Positions 34,603-45,407 of a stretch of 47,358 nt of DNA are shown one piece after another. Source of the stretch: Chiloscyllium plagiosum (Eukaryota). Location of the stretch: positions 57,753,615-57,800,972 of the forward strand of contig NC_057718.1 of assembly GCF_004010195.1 (NCBI RefSeq), written 5' to 3'. A program made the translations under genes and the position numbers. The notes beneath the pieces are model-generated. The model was not told the origin of the DNA and searched no databases. It was given only the letters and a program-made list of their open reading frames with translations. How positions within the stretch are numbered: position 1 is the first letter of the stretch; every line of letters begins with the position of its first letter.

Positions 34603-35080
34603 GAAACATAGAAATTAGGAGCAGGTGTAGGCCATTCAGCCTTTCGAGCCTGCACCATCACCCAATATGATCACAGCTAATCAACAAATCCAGTACAGTC
34701 AGTTCTTCTGTAAAGCAATGATTGGATTCTTGTGCAATGCTGGTTGTAGAAAAATCATGCTGTAGAAACAACACTTAAAGTGTGGGTGATGTAATCGTGT
34801 TGCATCCAACAAACATTTTAAAAGTTTGCATTTTAGAAACAGCATCCCAAATTCATCAATTGCGTTACAGTGAATTCACATTAACGAAACACATGTTATA
34901 ACAGAATGTTCCAGCTTTCTCCCCATGCCTATTGATCCCTTCAGTCCTAGGAACTGTATCTAACTCCTTCTTGAAGACATTCAATATTTTTGCCTCAGTG
35001 TTTTGTGACATAGAATTCCCCAGGCTCACCACTGTCTGGATGAAGAAATTTCTCATCACAGTTCTAAAAGGCATACCCCA
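34603..35080 (-). mobile_element. CR1 LINE 3' end with a nested MITE
   Basis: Tail GAAACATAGAAATTAGGAGCAGGTGTAGGCCATTCAGCC on plus. ORF 34865-35074 contains FRTVMRNFFIQTVVSLGNS. Confidence 0.85.
34696..34906. mobile_element. Tc1/mariner (Tigger-type) MITE, right end truncated
   Basis: Follows TA (34694-34695) and starts CAGTCAGTTCTTCTGTAA. The right end TTATAACAGAA is partly complementary to the left. The CR1 host resumes at 34907. Confidence 0.55.
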
Positions 35081-35084
35081 TTAT

Positions 35085-35250
35085 GCACTATACAAAAATA
35101 TTAGTTAGACTTCTGTAATAGTATAGTGTTCAACTTTAGTACTGACTCTCAAAAACATGACAAGGCCTTTGAGAGGATGCAGAGGATATTTGCTTGAATG
35201 GTAATGGGGGAGATGATTTCCAAAGTGTGGAGAAGCTGGGAGTATTCTTC
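35085..35250 (+). mobile_element. Decayed CR1 ORF2 fragment
   Basis: ALYKILVRLL...KAFERMQRIFA motifs. Confidence 0.6.
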
Positions 35251-35297
35251 ATTTGGGGGCGGGGGAGGGGTGGAGGTGAGGTGTTGGTAATAGAGCC

Positions 35298-36172
35298 GGC
35301 ATAGTGCTAATGCTACTGGACAACTGATCCAAAGGCCCATGCTGACAGTCCGGGTTCAATTCCACCGTAACAATTGGGGAATTTTCAATTTGATAAATGA
35401 ATCTGGAAAAGAAGGTTGTGTTTGCTGACACCAGTACACACACCATTCAAATGTAAGCAAACCATTTCAAGGGATGTGTCCCGAGATCAGCGAGCATGGC
35501 TGGGTGGAAGCATGGGAGTATGGAATTGAAACCCAATATCAGAACTCAGGAGAGAGGGTGGGTGATCAGAACTTGAAGGTGGGGGAAATAGGAACCTGGG
35601 AGATGGATGGAGTTTGGAATGTGAAGTTGGCGGATGTGGGGAATGGGGAACCCTCCCCCTTCCTCACTCTCCCCCTCTTTCGATTCTCACTGCCACCCAT
35701 CCCTTGCCACCCACCCCCTGCCTGTTGCCTTATTTCACATCCCGATTCTCCAGTGCTGAATTCCATGTTAAAAATACACTTCAGTGTACATGTGCATTGC
35801 GGTACTTGTGTATGACATCTTATGTGAATCCTACATGACGCTGTAATATTTAGAATTGTGTACTTATGTGCTTTTGGATTAGCTGACAGTTGTGGCATCA
35901 GCAAAAAAAGCCAGAAAATAAAGCTTGTCTTAGTAAAAGTGACTATGGCAGCTGTTAGCCATTGTTGAAAAACCCATTTGGTTCACTGAGGTTCTTTAAT
36001 GAAGGAAATCTGCCCTCCTCACCCAATCTGGTCTTCATGGGACCTCAAGCCCACAGCAATGTGATTAAGTATTAACTGTCCTCTGCAATTTCCAAGCAGT
36101 TCAAAGCCAATTAGCAATGGGCAATTAAGGCTAGTCTTGCCAATGCTGTGCATATTCCATGAAAGAATAATA
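35298..36172 (+). mobile_element. Second tRNA-derived SINE family: head (about 35298-35430) and body/tail (about 35905-36172) separated by other sequence
   Basis: B box GGGTTCAATTCC at about 35352. Later AAAACCCATTTGGTTCACTGAGG...GAAGGAAATCTGCC...CATATTCCATGAAAGAAT. Confidence 0.65.
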
Positions 36173-36184
36173 TAAAAGTAAAGA

Positions 36185-36535
36185 TTCAAAGAGCTTGTGA
36201 TAGTGGTTTTCAAAATTATGAGCAGTTTTAAAAGAGTAAATAAGGAGACACAATCTCAAGTGACAGAAATATTGGCAATCAAAGGACACAGACCTGAGAT
36301 ATTGACAAAAGAACCAGCAACAATTGGAGATTTATTTTCATGCAGTGATTACACTTCCTGAAATATAGAGTGAAGCAATTCAATTGTAACTTTCGAAAGG
36401 AGTTGGATAAATATATAAAGAGCAATGGATAAGGAATAGGGAACAGGAACCAATTAAATTGTTACATTTAAGAGCCAGCAAAGTTGTGATGGGTCAAATG
36501 GACTTCTGTGCCCTGTACTTTCATGATTCTATGAC
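36185..36535 (+). mobile_element. Old CR1 3' end
   Basis: VVFKIMSSFKRVNKE...KGHR motifs; ends CATGATTCTATGAC. Confidence 0.7.
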
Positions 36536-36544
36536 TTCACTATT

Positions 36545-37200
36545 CCTGTAGTGTGAAGTAAACTTTATTGGAACAATATAGGAAGTCAAAGACAGAGAGG
36601 TCAGCCAGAGAGGCTATGCAATGTAACCGTTTACCACAATGTCAATGTTTAGCTCCTGTCACCCAATAGCCACTCGATTGTTTGTCTTGGGGGCTTAAAT
36701 GCTGAGATTCCAGTAGTAAGGCATTATGACTGCTGCCAGGATATAAAGTCTTGACTTAGCTTCATGCCCTGTTATGTATGCTCATACACAAGCAGGACTT
36801 TAATGGATTAGAATCCTGTTGGGTCATGGTTCATCAGAGTTGACATGTGACATCCACAACATGATGTGTGCAGTCAGTGGCATCCTGCCGCATGAGGAAA
36901 CGTGTAATTCTTGTGAAGACATCTGCTCAGTCTGCCTGTTTCTTTCTGCCAAAAGAAGACTGGAATGCATCAGACACATTAACGTTTCCAGTTTCAGTCA
37001 CATTGATATTGCAGTCCTCACATTTCTTTGAAGCCTGAGGTCTAGCTCCAGGCGGTAGGTTTCAGTAAGAATCTTGATGGTGAATCAAACATCTGACACA
37101 CCATTCCTCATCTGAGAACCCATCTCTGCCTTCTCCTCCTTCCTCTTCCAGCTGTGAATCTGCTGCATGTCACCTTCTCTTGTTCTTCCAATCATGTAGT
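36545..37200 (-). pseudogene. Fossil Harbinger/PIF (HARBI1-like) DDE transposase
   Basis: Minus-strand motifs in order: RTAIS; FTRITRFLMRQDATDCTH (TDCTH 36878-36864; cf. GAIDCTH); GF*SIKVLLVYEH (cf. GFHSLNVQLVCD); YPGSSHNA (36743-36720; cf. YPGSSHDA); WLLGD (36672-36658). Multiple stops and frameshifts. Confidence 0.8.
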
Positions 37201-37232
37201 GTTCCAAGGTGGATAAAAACTGCTAGTCAGAT

Positions 37233-37528
37233 GTTAGATTAGTTACAGTGTGGAAACAGGCCCTTCGGCCCAACAAGTCCACACCGACCCGCCATCCACC
37301 CAGACTCCATTCTCCTACATTTACCCCTTCACCTAACACTATGGGCAATTAAGCTCAGCCAATTCACCTAACCTGAACATTTTTGGACTGTAGGAGGAAA
37401 CCGGAGCACCCGGAGGAAACCCACGTAGAGAATGTGCAAACTCCACACAGTCAGTCACCTGAGGCGGGAATTGAACCCGGGTCTCTGGCGCTGTGAGGCA
37501 GCAGTGCTAACCACTGTGCCACCGTCCA
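37233..37528 (-). mobile_element. HE1-type SINE
   Basis: Reverse-complement match to 3372-3685. Confidence 0.92.
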
Positions 37529-38620
37529 CCCATTATGTGTTGGACATAACTAATTTGTGGGGAATCCTCAAAATTGGGACCAAGTCCTTCAGCACCTTCT
37601 GCACCACTCTGTATAAGTTTGAGAGGCTTTAAATGTCTCTAGCATCCAGAAGCTAATCTATGAGTGGTTTATGGTCCTTTTAAATTACAGTGATGATGTA
37701 GAGGGGGGTTGTGGTTGGTCCCTCCTGCTGGTGACACATGGTCAGCTGTGAGAAGTTCAGACAAGCTTTGAATGGCAAAATAAATCTGTACTAGCATCAT
37801 ACATCTGGATTAGTGTTGCTATCTGTGTACACTGTATAGTTATAGCATTTCTTCCCTGTTTCCGTGTTTGTGTTTGTATGTATGCACCAATGCTTTCATT
37901 AGAATAGCACAATGCAGAACAGTAAAAGTATTGTGCATTGTTGATATCATTCTGAAGGCAAAATGATTGCAAAGTGAAATTGGGGAATGTGTATTTGAGT
38001 ATTGCAGCATACGTGTGTTTTGGTTCATCTTCTTTGTCAAAGATAAGGGTCATTGCTTGCTCAGCTCAGATGGCCAATGGAGGGTCCTATGCTGTTTTGT
38101 CTCTTCAATATCCACAAATCGCAGTGCAAGGTTCACAGAAAAAAAACCCTGCTTGTAACTGTCTGTATAAAGTATGGTTAGCACTGTTCATTCATAACTG
38201 AATGCAAAATCTAGGTTATCAGATAAAGGAGCCACATTAGGCCCTTTGACCCATAAGCTCTGCTCCACCATTTCATCATGGCTGATGAATTTCTCAAGCC
38301 TATTCTCCTGCCTTCACCCTGTAACACTGATCTCCTTATTAATCAAGAATCTATCCACTTCTGTCTTAAAGACACTCAATGACTTGGCCTCAACAGCCTT
38401 CTGTGGCAATGAGTTCCTCGGATTCACTGCCCTCTGGCTGAAGAAATTATTCCTCAGGTCTTCACTCGAAGGCTTTGTCCTCAGGTCCTAGTTTCTCCAG
38501 TTGGTGTAAACATCTTCTCCAGGCCTCTCAATATTTTGTACATTTCAATGAGATTCCCTCTTCATCCTTCTGAACTCTATTGATGACAGATCCATTCTGC
38601 AGCTGCATATCATATGGCAA

Positions 38621-39125
38621 CACCTATTGGAAAGATGTTGTGAAACTTGAAAGGGTTCAGAAAAGGATGTTGCCAGGGTTGGAGGATCTGAGCTACAGGG
38701 AGAGGCCGAACAGGTTGGGGCTGTTTTCCCTGGAGCGTCGGAGGCTGAGGGGTGACCTTATAAAATCATGAGGGGCATGGATAGGATAAATAGACAAAGT
38801 ATTTTCCCTGGGGTCGGGGAGTCCAGAACTACAGGGCATAGATTTAGAGTGAGAGGGGAAATATATAAAAGAGACCTAAGGGGCAACTTTTTCATGTAGA
38901 GGGTGGTACGTGTATGGAATGAGCTGCCAGAGGATTTGGTGGAGTCTGGTACAATTGCAACATTTAAGAGGCATTTGGATGGGTATATGAATAGGAAGGG
39001 TTTGGAGGGATATGGGCCGGGTCCTGGCAGGTGGGATTAGATTGGGTTGGGATATCTGGTCGGCATGGACGGGTTGGACCGAAGGGTCTGTTTCCATGCT
39101 ATACATCTCTATGACTCTATGACCT
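38621..39125 (+). mobile_element. Young CR1 (HER1-like) 3' fragment
   Basis: YWKDVVKLERVQKR...; 3' end nearly identical to 46800-46920, with a (CTATGACT)n tail. Confidence 0.92.
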
Positions 39126-39292
39126 TGTGACAAGCCTGGATTATTCTTGTAAACCTCCCCTGAATCCCTTCCAAAGCCAGCACATCCTTTCTTGGATAAG
39201 GGAATCAAAGTTGCTCACAATATTCTAAATGGGGGTCTGACCAGAGCCTTATACAGCTCACAATGCACCTCTGCTCTTGTATTCTAGCATTC

Positions 39293-39942
39293 TTTGATTT
39301 CATTTGATTCATTGTAGTATCATGTACCTAAGTACAGTGAAAAGCTTTGTTGTGAGCAGTACAGATAGGTCATAGCAAACAAGGACATACAGATCACAGG
39401 GTTCTTAGACAGACTGAGGCATACAAGGTCACAGCTGCACTGGAGGTGCACAATACAAGATCAACATTACTTGAAGTTAGTGAGTTCAATCTGCAGTCTA
39501 ATAACAGCTGGAAAGAAGGTGTTCTTGAACCTCCTGGTGCATGTGTTCAAGCTTCTGTATCTTCTGCCTGATGGACGAGGTTGGGAGGGGCCTGTGATGA
39601 TGTTAGCAGCTTTTCTGTGGCAACAGGAAGTGTAGATGAAGTCCATGGATGGGAGGTTGGCTTCCATAATGGCCTGGGCTGTGCACACAACTTTCTATAG
39701 TTTCTTACAGTCCTGGGCAGAGCAGTTGCTGTACCAGGCCATTCTGCGCTCAGATAGAATGCTTTCTATGGTGTATCTGTAAAAGTTGGTCCGTATGGAT
39801 GTGTTGAATTTCCTTAGCCTCCTGAGGAAGAAGAGGCATTATTATGCCATCTTGACTGTCACAACTACGTGGGAAGTCCAGGACAGATTGTTGGTTATTG
39901 TCACTCCTAGGAATTTGACACTCTCAATCCTCTCCACCTCAG
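39293..39942 (-). mobile_element. Rex1/Babar-like LINE 3' portion
   Basis: ORF 39467-39688 ends PSGRRYRSLNTCTRRFKNTFFPAVIRL, the characteristic Rex1/Babar C-terminus. Tail AAGCTTTTCACTGTACTTAGGTACATGA...(ATCAA)-like repeats. Confidence 0.8.
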
Positions 39943-41279
39943 TTTGAAATGAGTAATAACATTGTATTTGCCTTCCTAACTGCAACCTTAGGATAATCCT
40001 GAACTAGGAATCCTAAATCTTTTTGTGCTTCAGATTTTTGAAGCTTTTCCCCATTTAGAAAATAGTTTACACCTGTATTCACCTTACTAAAATGCATAAC
40101 CTCACACTTTCGTACATTTTATTCCATCTGCCACTTTGCCCACTCTCCTAGCCTGTCCAAGTGCTTCTGCAGTCTCCCAACTTCCTCAACACTACCTATT
40201 CCTCCTCTTATCTTTGTGTCATCTGCAAATTTAGCAGTAATGCCTTCAGTTTCTTCGTCCAGATCGTTAATGTTTAACATGAATAGTTGTGGTTCCAACA
40301 CTGAGGCCTGTGGAACTCCACTAGTTACCAGCTGCCATCCTGAAAAAGGCCCCATTTATCCCAACTCTCTGTCTTCTGCCATCCATGCCAGTATCTTATT
40401 GCTCACACCATCACCTCTTACTTCGCAGCCTTCTGTGTGGCACCTGTCAAAGGCCTTCTGGAAATCCAAATAGATCATGTCCATTAGCTCTCCTTTGTTT
40501 AACCTGCTCATTATTCTCTCAAAGAATTCTAACAGATTTGTCAGGTAAGACCTCCCCTTGACAAAGCCATGCTGACTCAGCCTTATTTTTACCATGGAAT
40601 TCCAAGTACTCTGCAACCTCATCCTTAGCAATGGACTCGGAAATCTTACTAACAACCGAAGTCAGGCGAACTGGCCTATAATTTTTCATCTTCTGCCTCC
40701 GTCCTTTCTTAAACTGGGTTGTTATCTTAGATATTTTCTAATCCTCTGAAACTCTCCATGACTCCAGTGACTCTTGAAAGATCACCACCAATGCCTGCAC
40801 AATCTCCTCAGCTATCTCCTTCAGAAATCTGGGGTGTAGTCTATCTGGTCTGGTGATTTATCAACATTTTGACCTTACAGCTTCCCCAGCACCTTCTCCT
40901 TAGTAATTGTCAGTAACTCACCTCTGCCCTCTGAATCTCTTGACATTCTGGTATGCTGTTGGTGCCTTCCACTGTGAAAGCTGATGTAACATACCTATTC
41001 AGTTCCTCTGCCTGTTGCTACTTCTCCAGCCTTATTTTCCAGTATTCCAAAGTCCATTCCTGCCTCCACCTTACCTTTCATATATTTAAAAAAAACTCTT
41101 GCAGACTTCTGTTATTTTTCTAGCTAACTTACCATCATATTTCATCTTTTCTGCCCTGATTGCTTTCTATCCTGTTGGTTATTAAAAGCTTCCCAATCTT
41201 CTTGTTTCTCATGAATCTTCATCATTGTATGTGCTGTATATGTCCATATTTAAATAGCTTGCCTCTCAATGACATGCAT

Positions 41280-41782
41280 ATCCATGCTGCTGCCTCCTCC
41301 AAAGTTGGCTATTCAAATACACTGCCACTTTAATTCCCTTTGGCAGGAGCTTCAGTTCATTCCATCTTTATTTGTCTGCTCACCAGTCATCCCTGTTCTC
41401 ATTGACCTACGTGAGCTCCTCATTTCCCAGTACTTCATCCTCATTTTTAATTCCCTTCATAGACATCTTCTTCCAATCCCTGCCAAATCTTCCATTCTAC
41501 ACCCCACCCCACCAATATTTTAATTCCTCTAACACTAGCTGGCTGTGAATCCCTGCTTTGCATTGCTTTGGAACTGAAGCTGTGTCTTTAGCCACCTCGA
41601 CACTACTCTCCCCACACCTCACCCCTCCACCTCCCTCAGATTTTGTAAAACTTCTCTTAATGTATACCTCATTGATCATGCTTTTGGTCATCCCTCTCAC
41701 CACCTCAGAATCCATATTCAGATTATGTGTCTGCAAAGTTCTTTGGGGTGTTATACTCAGCTAAAGATGCTGCATAAAAGCA
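41280..41782 (+). mobile_element. L2-like LINE 3' portion, decayed
   Basis: SPVIPVLIDLRELLI (cf. ITPVL..LHWLPV) in ORF 41269-41523. Tail TAAAGATGCTGCATAAAAGCAA. Confidence 0.65.
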
Positions 41783-43279
41783 ATAATTCGGGCATACACA
41801 AGGTATTTTATTACCTGCGCTTTATGTTATCCAGTTTAGGAGGGTGACATTTGTGTGCTGTTCTTTGAATTCACAACCTGATTGAAGGCAAACATCTGGA
41901 ACTGACTCCCCATTTAAATTGCTCAAACTGGTTTCCATAAGCCAACTGCAGATCAATATTTTCCTCTTGACCGTCCATTCCTGGAATCCAGGCTTAGTCA
42001 GCCTGCAGGTCTGTGCCTTTATGGTTGCCTGCACTCAGACATTGCAAAAGTGCCAGGGTTATCAGAGCTGAAGTGACATTTGCCAGCACTGCACAGGAAA
42101 GGAAATAGCTGTTCGCTCTCGTACCTCTCTGATCACCATCCCTCCCTTCTCATCCCCCACAGCCTGACAAAGACAATGTCAGGCAGTCACCTGCTGCTAG
42201 CTTGCTCATGCTGTTTCTTGCTGGCTGTTGCTGCTGTTGCTGATCCCCATGAGAGTTGCAGGTCGTTATGTTTGTACAATGAGGGCTGGGAGTGTGGCTG
42301 TTGTAGGAATTGCAAATGCAGATGTTCAGTCTCTCAACAAAGCTGTCCCAAGGTTTTTAAGCATGACCACAAGTTTCAAATCACAGTAAAGGCTTTGTTA
42401 AAAGCACTTTGTCACCTTGGTTTATTTTCTTTGTGGTCAAAATTTCCTTTCTTCATGTTCCATACGCTATTACTAACTATCTGACTGGCTGCAGGTCTGT
42501 TCATGTTCAATATGCTTTAAAAGATTGCTGAACAGTCAGAAAGAAGGAGTGGAATTTTCTCATTTTCAGTTAAAGTGTTCTGTTGAGGTTGCTGATGCTG
42601 TGTCCACCATCTCTAAGTCTTTTTTCACATAATCTTCTGCTCGTCACTTTATTAACTATGCGATGGGGCTCTTAAACGCTTTTCCCATGGCATCACTCAG
42701 CTGGAGAGGTGAAAGTGCTCATTCCGCTGTGACCTCCCTGTGTTCAAGTCTTTGGCACTGTACTTTATGGCCAGCTGTACACCACTTCAGATTCAGGAAG
42801 TGGTGCTCCCACTGTGCTACTCAATCATTACATTGTGAACATGGCCCTGAGGAAAGGGTGGCTCGCTCCCTATTTTGTGGAGAGGGTTATGCAAGAGTTG
42901 GTGGATGAGTGTGTCAAAGAGGGACAGCCCTTACACCAGCTGGCCATGCCACCAGAAATAGCCAGCCTGGGACAAGTTGTAGTTGGGTTAGTGCTGTGTC
43001 CTGAGTTGACAGGAACAGCCAGCAGTATAGAAAGGATGGTGATGATCTTCTCCTCTGTTCAAAGGTGAGAGCCACCAACTTCTCACTGCTTCCACGCAGT
43101 CAAGGGGTGAGCACTTACTCCAACTCACCACTTCACAAGCATCTGACCAAGGCTCACGAATTGCAACACTTACTATTGCACATATTGTGTTCATTCAATG
43201 GTTCTCATCCTCCCAAACTACTAAACTTCCCTGCCCTCTGTGCTTCTTGCTCACTTATGGGGACACCTCGTGCCTAAAT

Positions 43280-43342
43280 TCATAGAATCCCTACAATGTG
43301 GAAGCAGGCCATTCAGTCCATTCAGTTGACACCAACTCTCTG
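43280..43342 (-). mobile_element. Isolated HE1/CR1-type 3' tail
   Basis: CATAGAATCCCTACAATGTGGAAGCAGGCCATTCAG is the reverse complement of the HE1-type tail. Confidence 0.6.
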
Positions 43343-44761
43343 AACAAAGAACAAAGAACAAAAAAAATTACAACACAAGAACAGACCATTCGGTCCTCCA
43401 AGCCTGCGCTGATCTATTTCCTCTATCTATACCTGTTGCCTATTTTCTAAGGATCTGTATCCCTCTACTCCCTGCCCATTCATGTATCTGTCCAGATATA
43501 TCTTAAATGATGCTATCGTGCCCACCTCTACCACCTCTGCTGGCAGTGCATTCCAGGCACTCACCACACTCTGCGTAAAGAACTTTCCATGCATATCTTC
43601 CTTAAACTTTTCCCCTCTCACCTTGAACTTGTGACTCCTAGTAATTGAGTCCCCACTCTGTGAAAAGTTTCTTGCTATCCACCCGGTCTATACCTCTCAT
43701 GATTTTGTAGACCTCAGTCAGGTCCCTCCTCACCCTCCATCTTTCTAATGAAAATAATCCTAATCTACTCAACTTCTCCTCATAGCTAGCACCCTCCATA
43801 CCAGCCAACATCCTGGTGAACTTCCTCTGCAACCTCTCCAAAGTATCCAGATCCTTTTGGTAATGTGGCAACCAGAACTGTACGCAGTATTCCAAATGTG
43901 GCCAAACCAATGTCCTATACAACTGTAACATGACTTGCCAACTCTTGTACTCAATACCCCGTCCAGTGAAGGAAAGCATGCCGTACGCCTTTTTGGCCAC
44001 TCAATCGACATGCATTGCCACTTTCAGGGTACAATGGACCTGAACATCCAGATCTCTCTGTACACCAATTTTCCCCAGGGCTTTTCCATTTACCGTATTG
44101 TTTGCTCTTGAATTGGATCTTCCAAAATGCATCACCTTGCATTTGCCCGGATTGAATGCCATTTGCCATTTCTCTGCCCAACTCCTCAATCTATCTATAT
44201 TCTGCTGCAACCTTCAGTCCCCTTCACTATCTGCAACTCCACTAATCTTAGTGTCATCTGCAAACTTGCTAATCAGACCGCCTATACCTTCCTTCAGATC
44301 ATTTACGTATATCACAAACAAAAGTAGTCCCAACATGATCCCTGTAGAACACCACTAATCACAGTTCTCCATTTTGAGAAACTCCCTTCCACTACTATTC
44401 TGTCTCTCGCTACCCAGTCAGTTCTCTATCCACGTAGTTAGTACACTCTAGACCCCATGTGGCTTCACTTTCTCCATCAACCTACTATGGGGAACCTTAT
44501 CAAAAGCATTACTGAAGTCTATGTATATGATATCCACAGCCCTTCCCACATCAATCAACTTTGTCATTTCCTCAAAGAATTCTATTAAGTTGGTAAGACA
44601 TGACCTTCCTTGCACAAAACCATGATGCCTATCACTGATAGGCCCATTTTCTTCCAATTGTGAGTAGATCCTAATCCTCAGTTTCTTCTCCAGCACCTTT
44701 CCTACAACTGATGTCAGGCCCACTGGTCTATAATTACCTGGATTATCCCTGCTATCCTTCT

Positions 44762-44966
44762 GAAATGATTTGGAGATGCCGGTGTTGGACTGGGGTGTAC
44801 ACAGTTAAAAATCACACAACACCAGGTTATAGTCCAACAGGTTTAATTGGAAGCACACTAGCTTTCGGTGATCACCTGATGAAGGAGCGTCGCTCTGAAA
44901 GCTAGTGTGCTTCCAATTAAACCTGCTGGACTATAACCTGGTGTTGTGTGATTTTTAACTTTGTAC
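44762..44966. mobile_element. Palindromic Penelope-derived element with a hammerhead-ribozyme core
   Basis: 71-bp inverted arms 44796-44866 and 44897-44967 (2 mismatches). TSD ATCCTTCT at 44754-44761 and 44967-44974. Confidence 0.88.
44873..44907 (+). ncRNA. Minimal type I hammerhead ribozyme motif
   Basis: CAC, CTGATGA (44876-44882), A, stem II GGAGC/GCTCT, GAAA (44897-44900), self-complementary AGCT, putative cleavage triplet CTA, then GTG pairing with the upstream CAC. Confidence 0.65.
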
Positions 44967-45407
44967 ATCCTTCTTAAACAAAGGGACAACATTAGCAATT
45001 CTCCAGTCTACTGGGACCTCATCCGTATTTAAGGATGCTGCAAAGATATCTGCTAAGGCCCCAGCTATTTCCTCTCTCACTTCCCTCAGTAATCTGGGAT
45101 AGATCCCATCTGGACCTGGGGACTTGTTCACCTTAATGTCTTATTGAATACCCAACACTTCCTCCCTCCTTATGCTGACTTGACCTAAAGTAGTCAAACA
45201 TCTATCTCTAATCTCAGCATCTATCATGTCCCTCTCCTTGGTGAATACTGATGCTAAATACCCATTAAGAATCTCACCCATTTTCTCTGACTTCACGCAT
45301 AACTTTCCTCCTTTGTCCTTGAGTGGGCCAACCCTTTCTCTCATTACTTCTTGCTCTGTATATATGAATAAAAGGCTTTGGGATTTTCCTTAACCCTGCT
45401 TGCTAAA

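Larger units (their letters stand above)
38222..41225 (-). mobile_element. Older CR1 LINE (RT region to 3' end) hosting two nested LINE insertions
   Basis: ORFs 40119-40355 (TSGVPQASVLEPQLF...KFADDTK) and 40356-40655 (QHGFVKGRSYLTNLLEFFE...YLDFQKAFD). 3' end near 38225. Confidence 0.88.

Noticed and set aside
42080..42484. Cys-rich 134-aa ORF with a hydrophobic stretch resembling a secreted peptide
   Set aside because: Non-ATG start, no recognisable cysteine framework, and low-complexity TG/CTG-rich DNA explains the composition.
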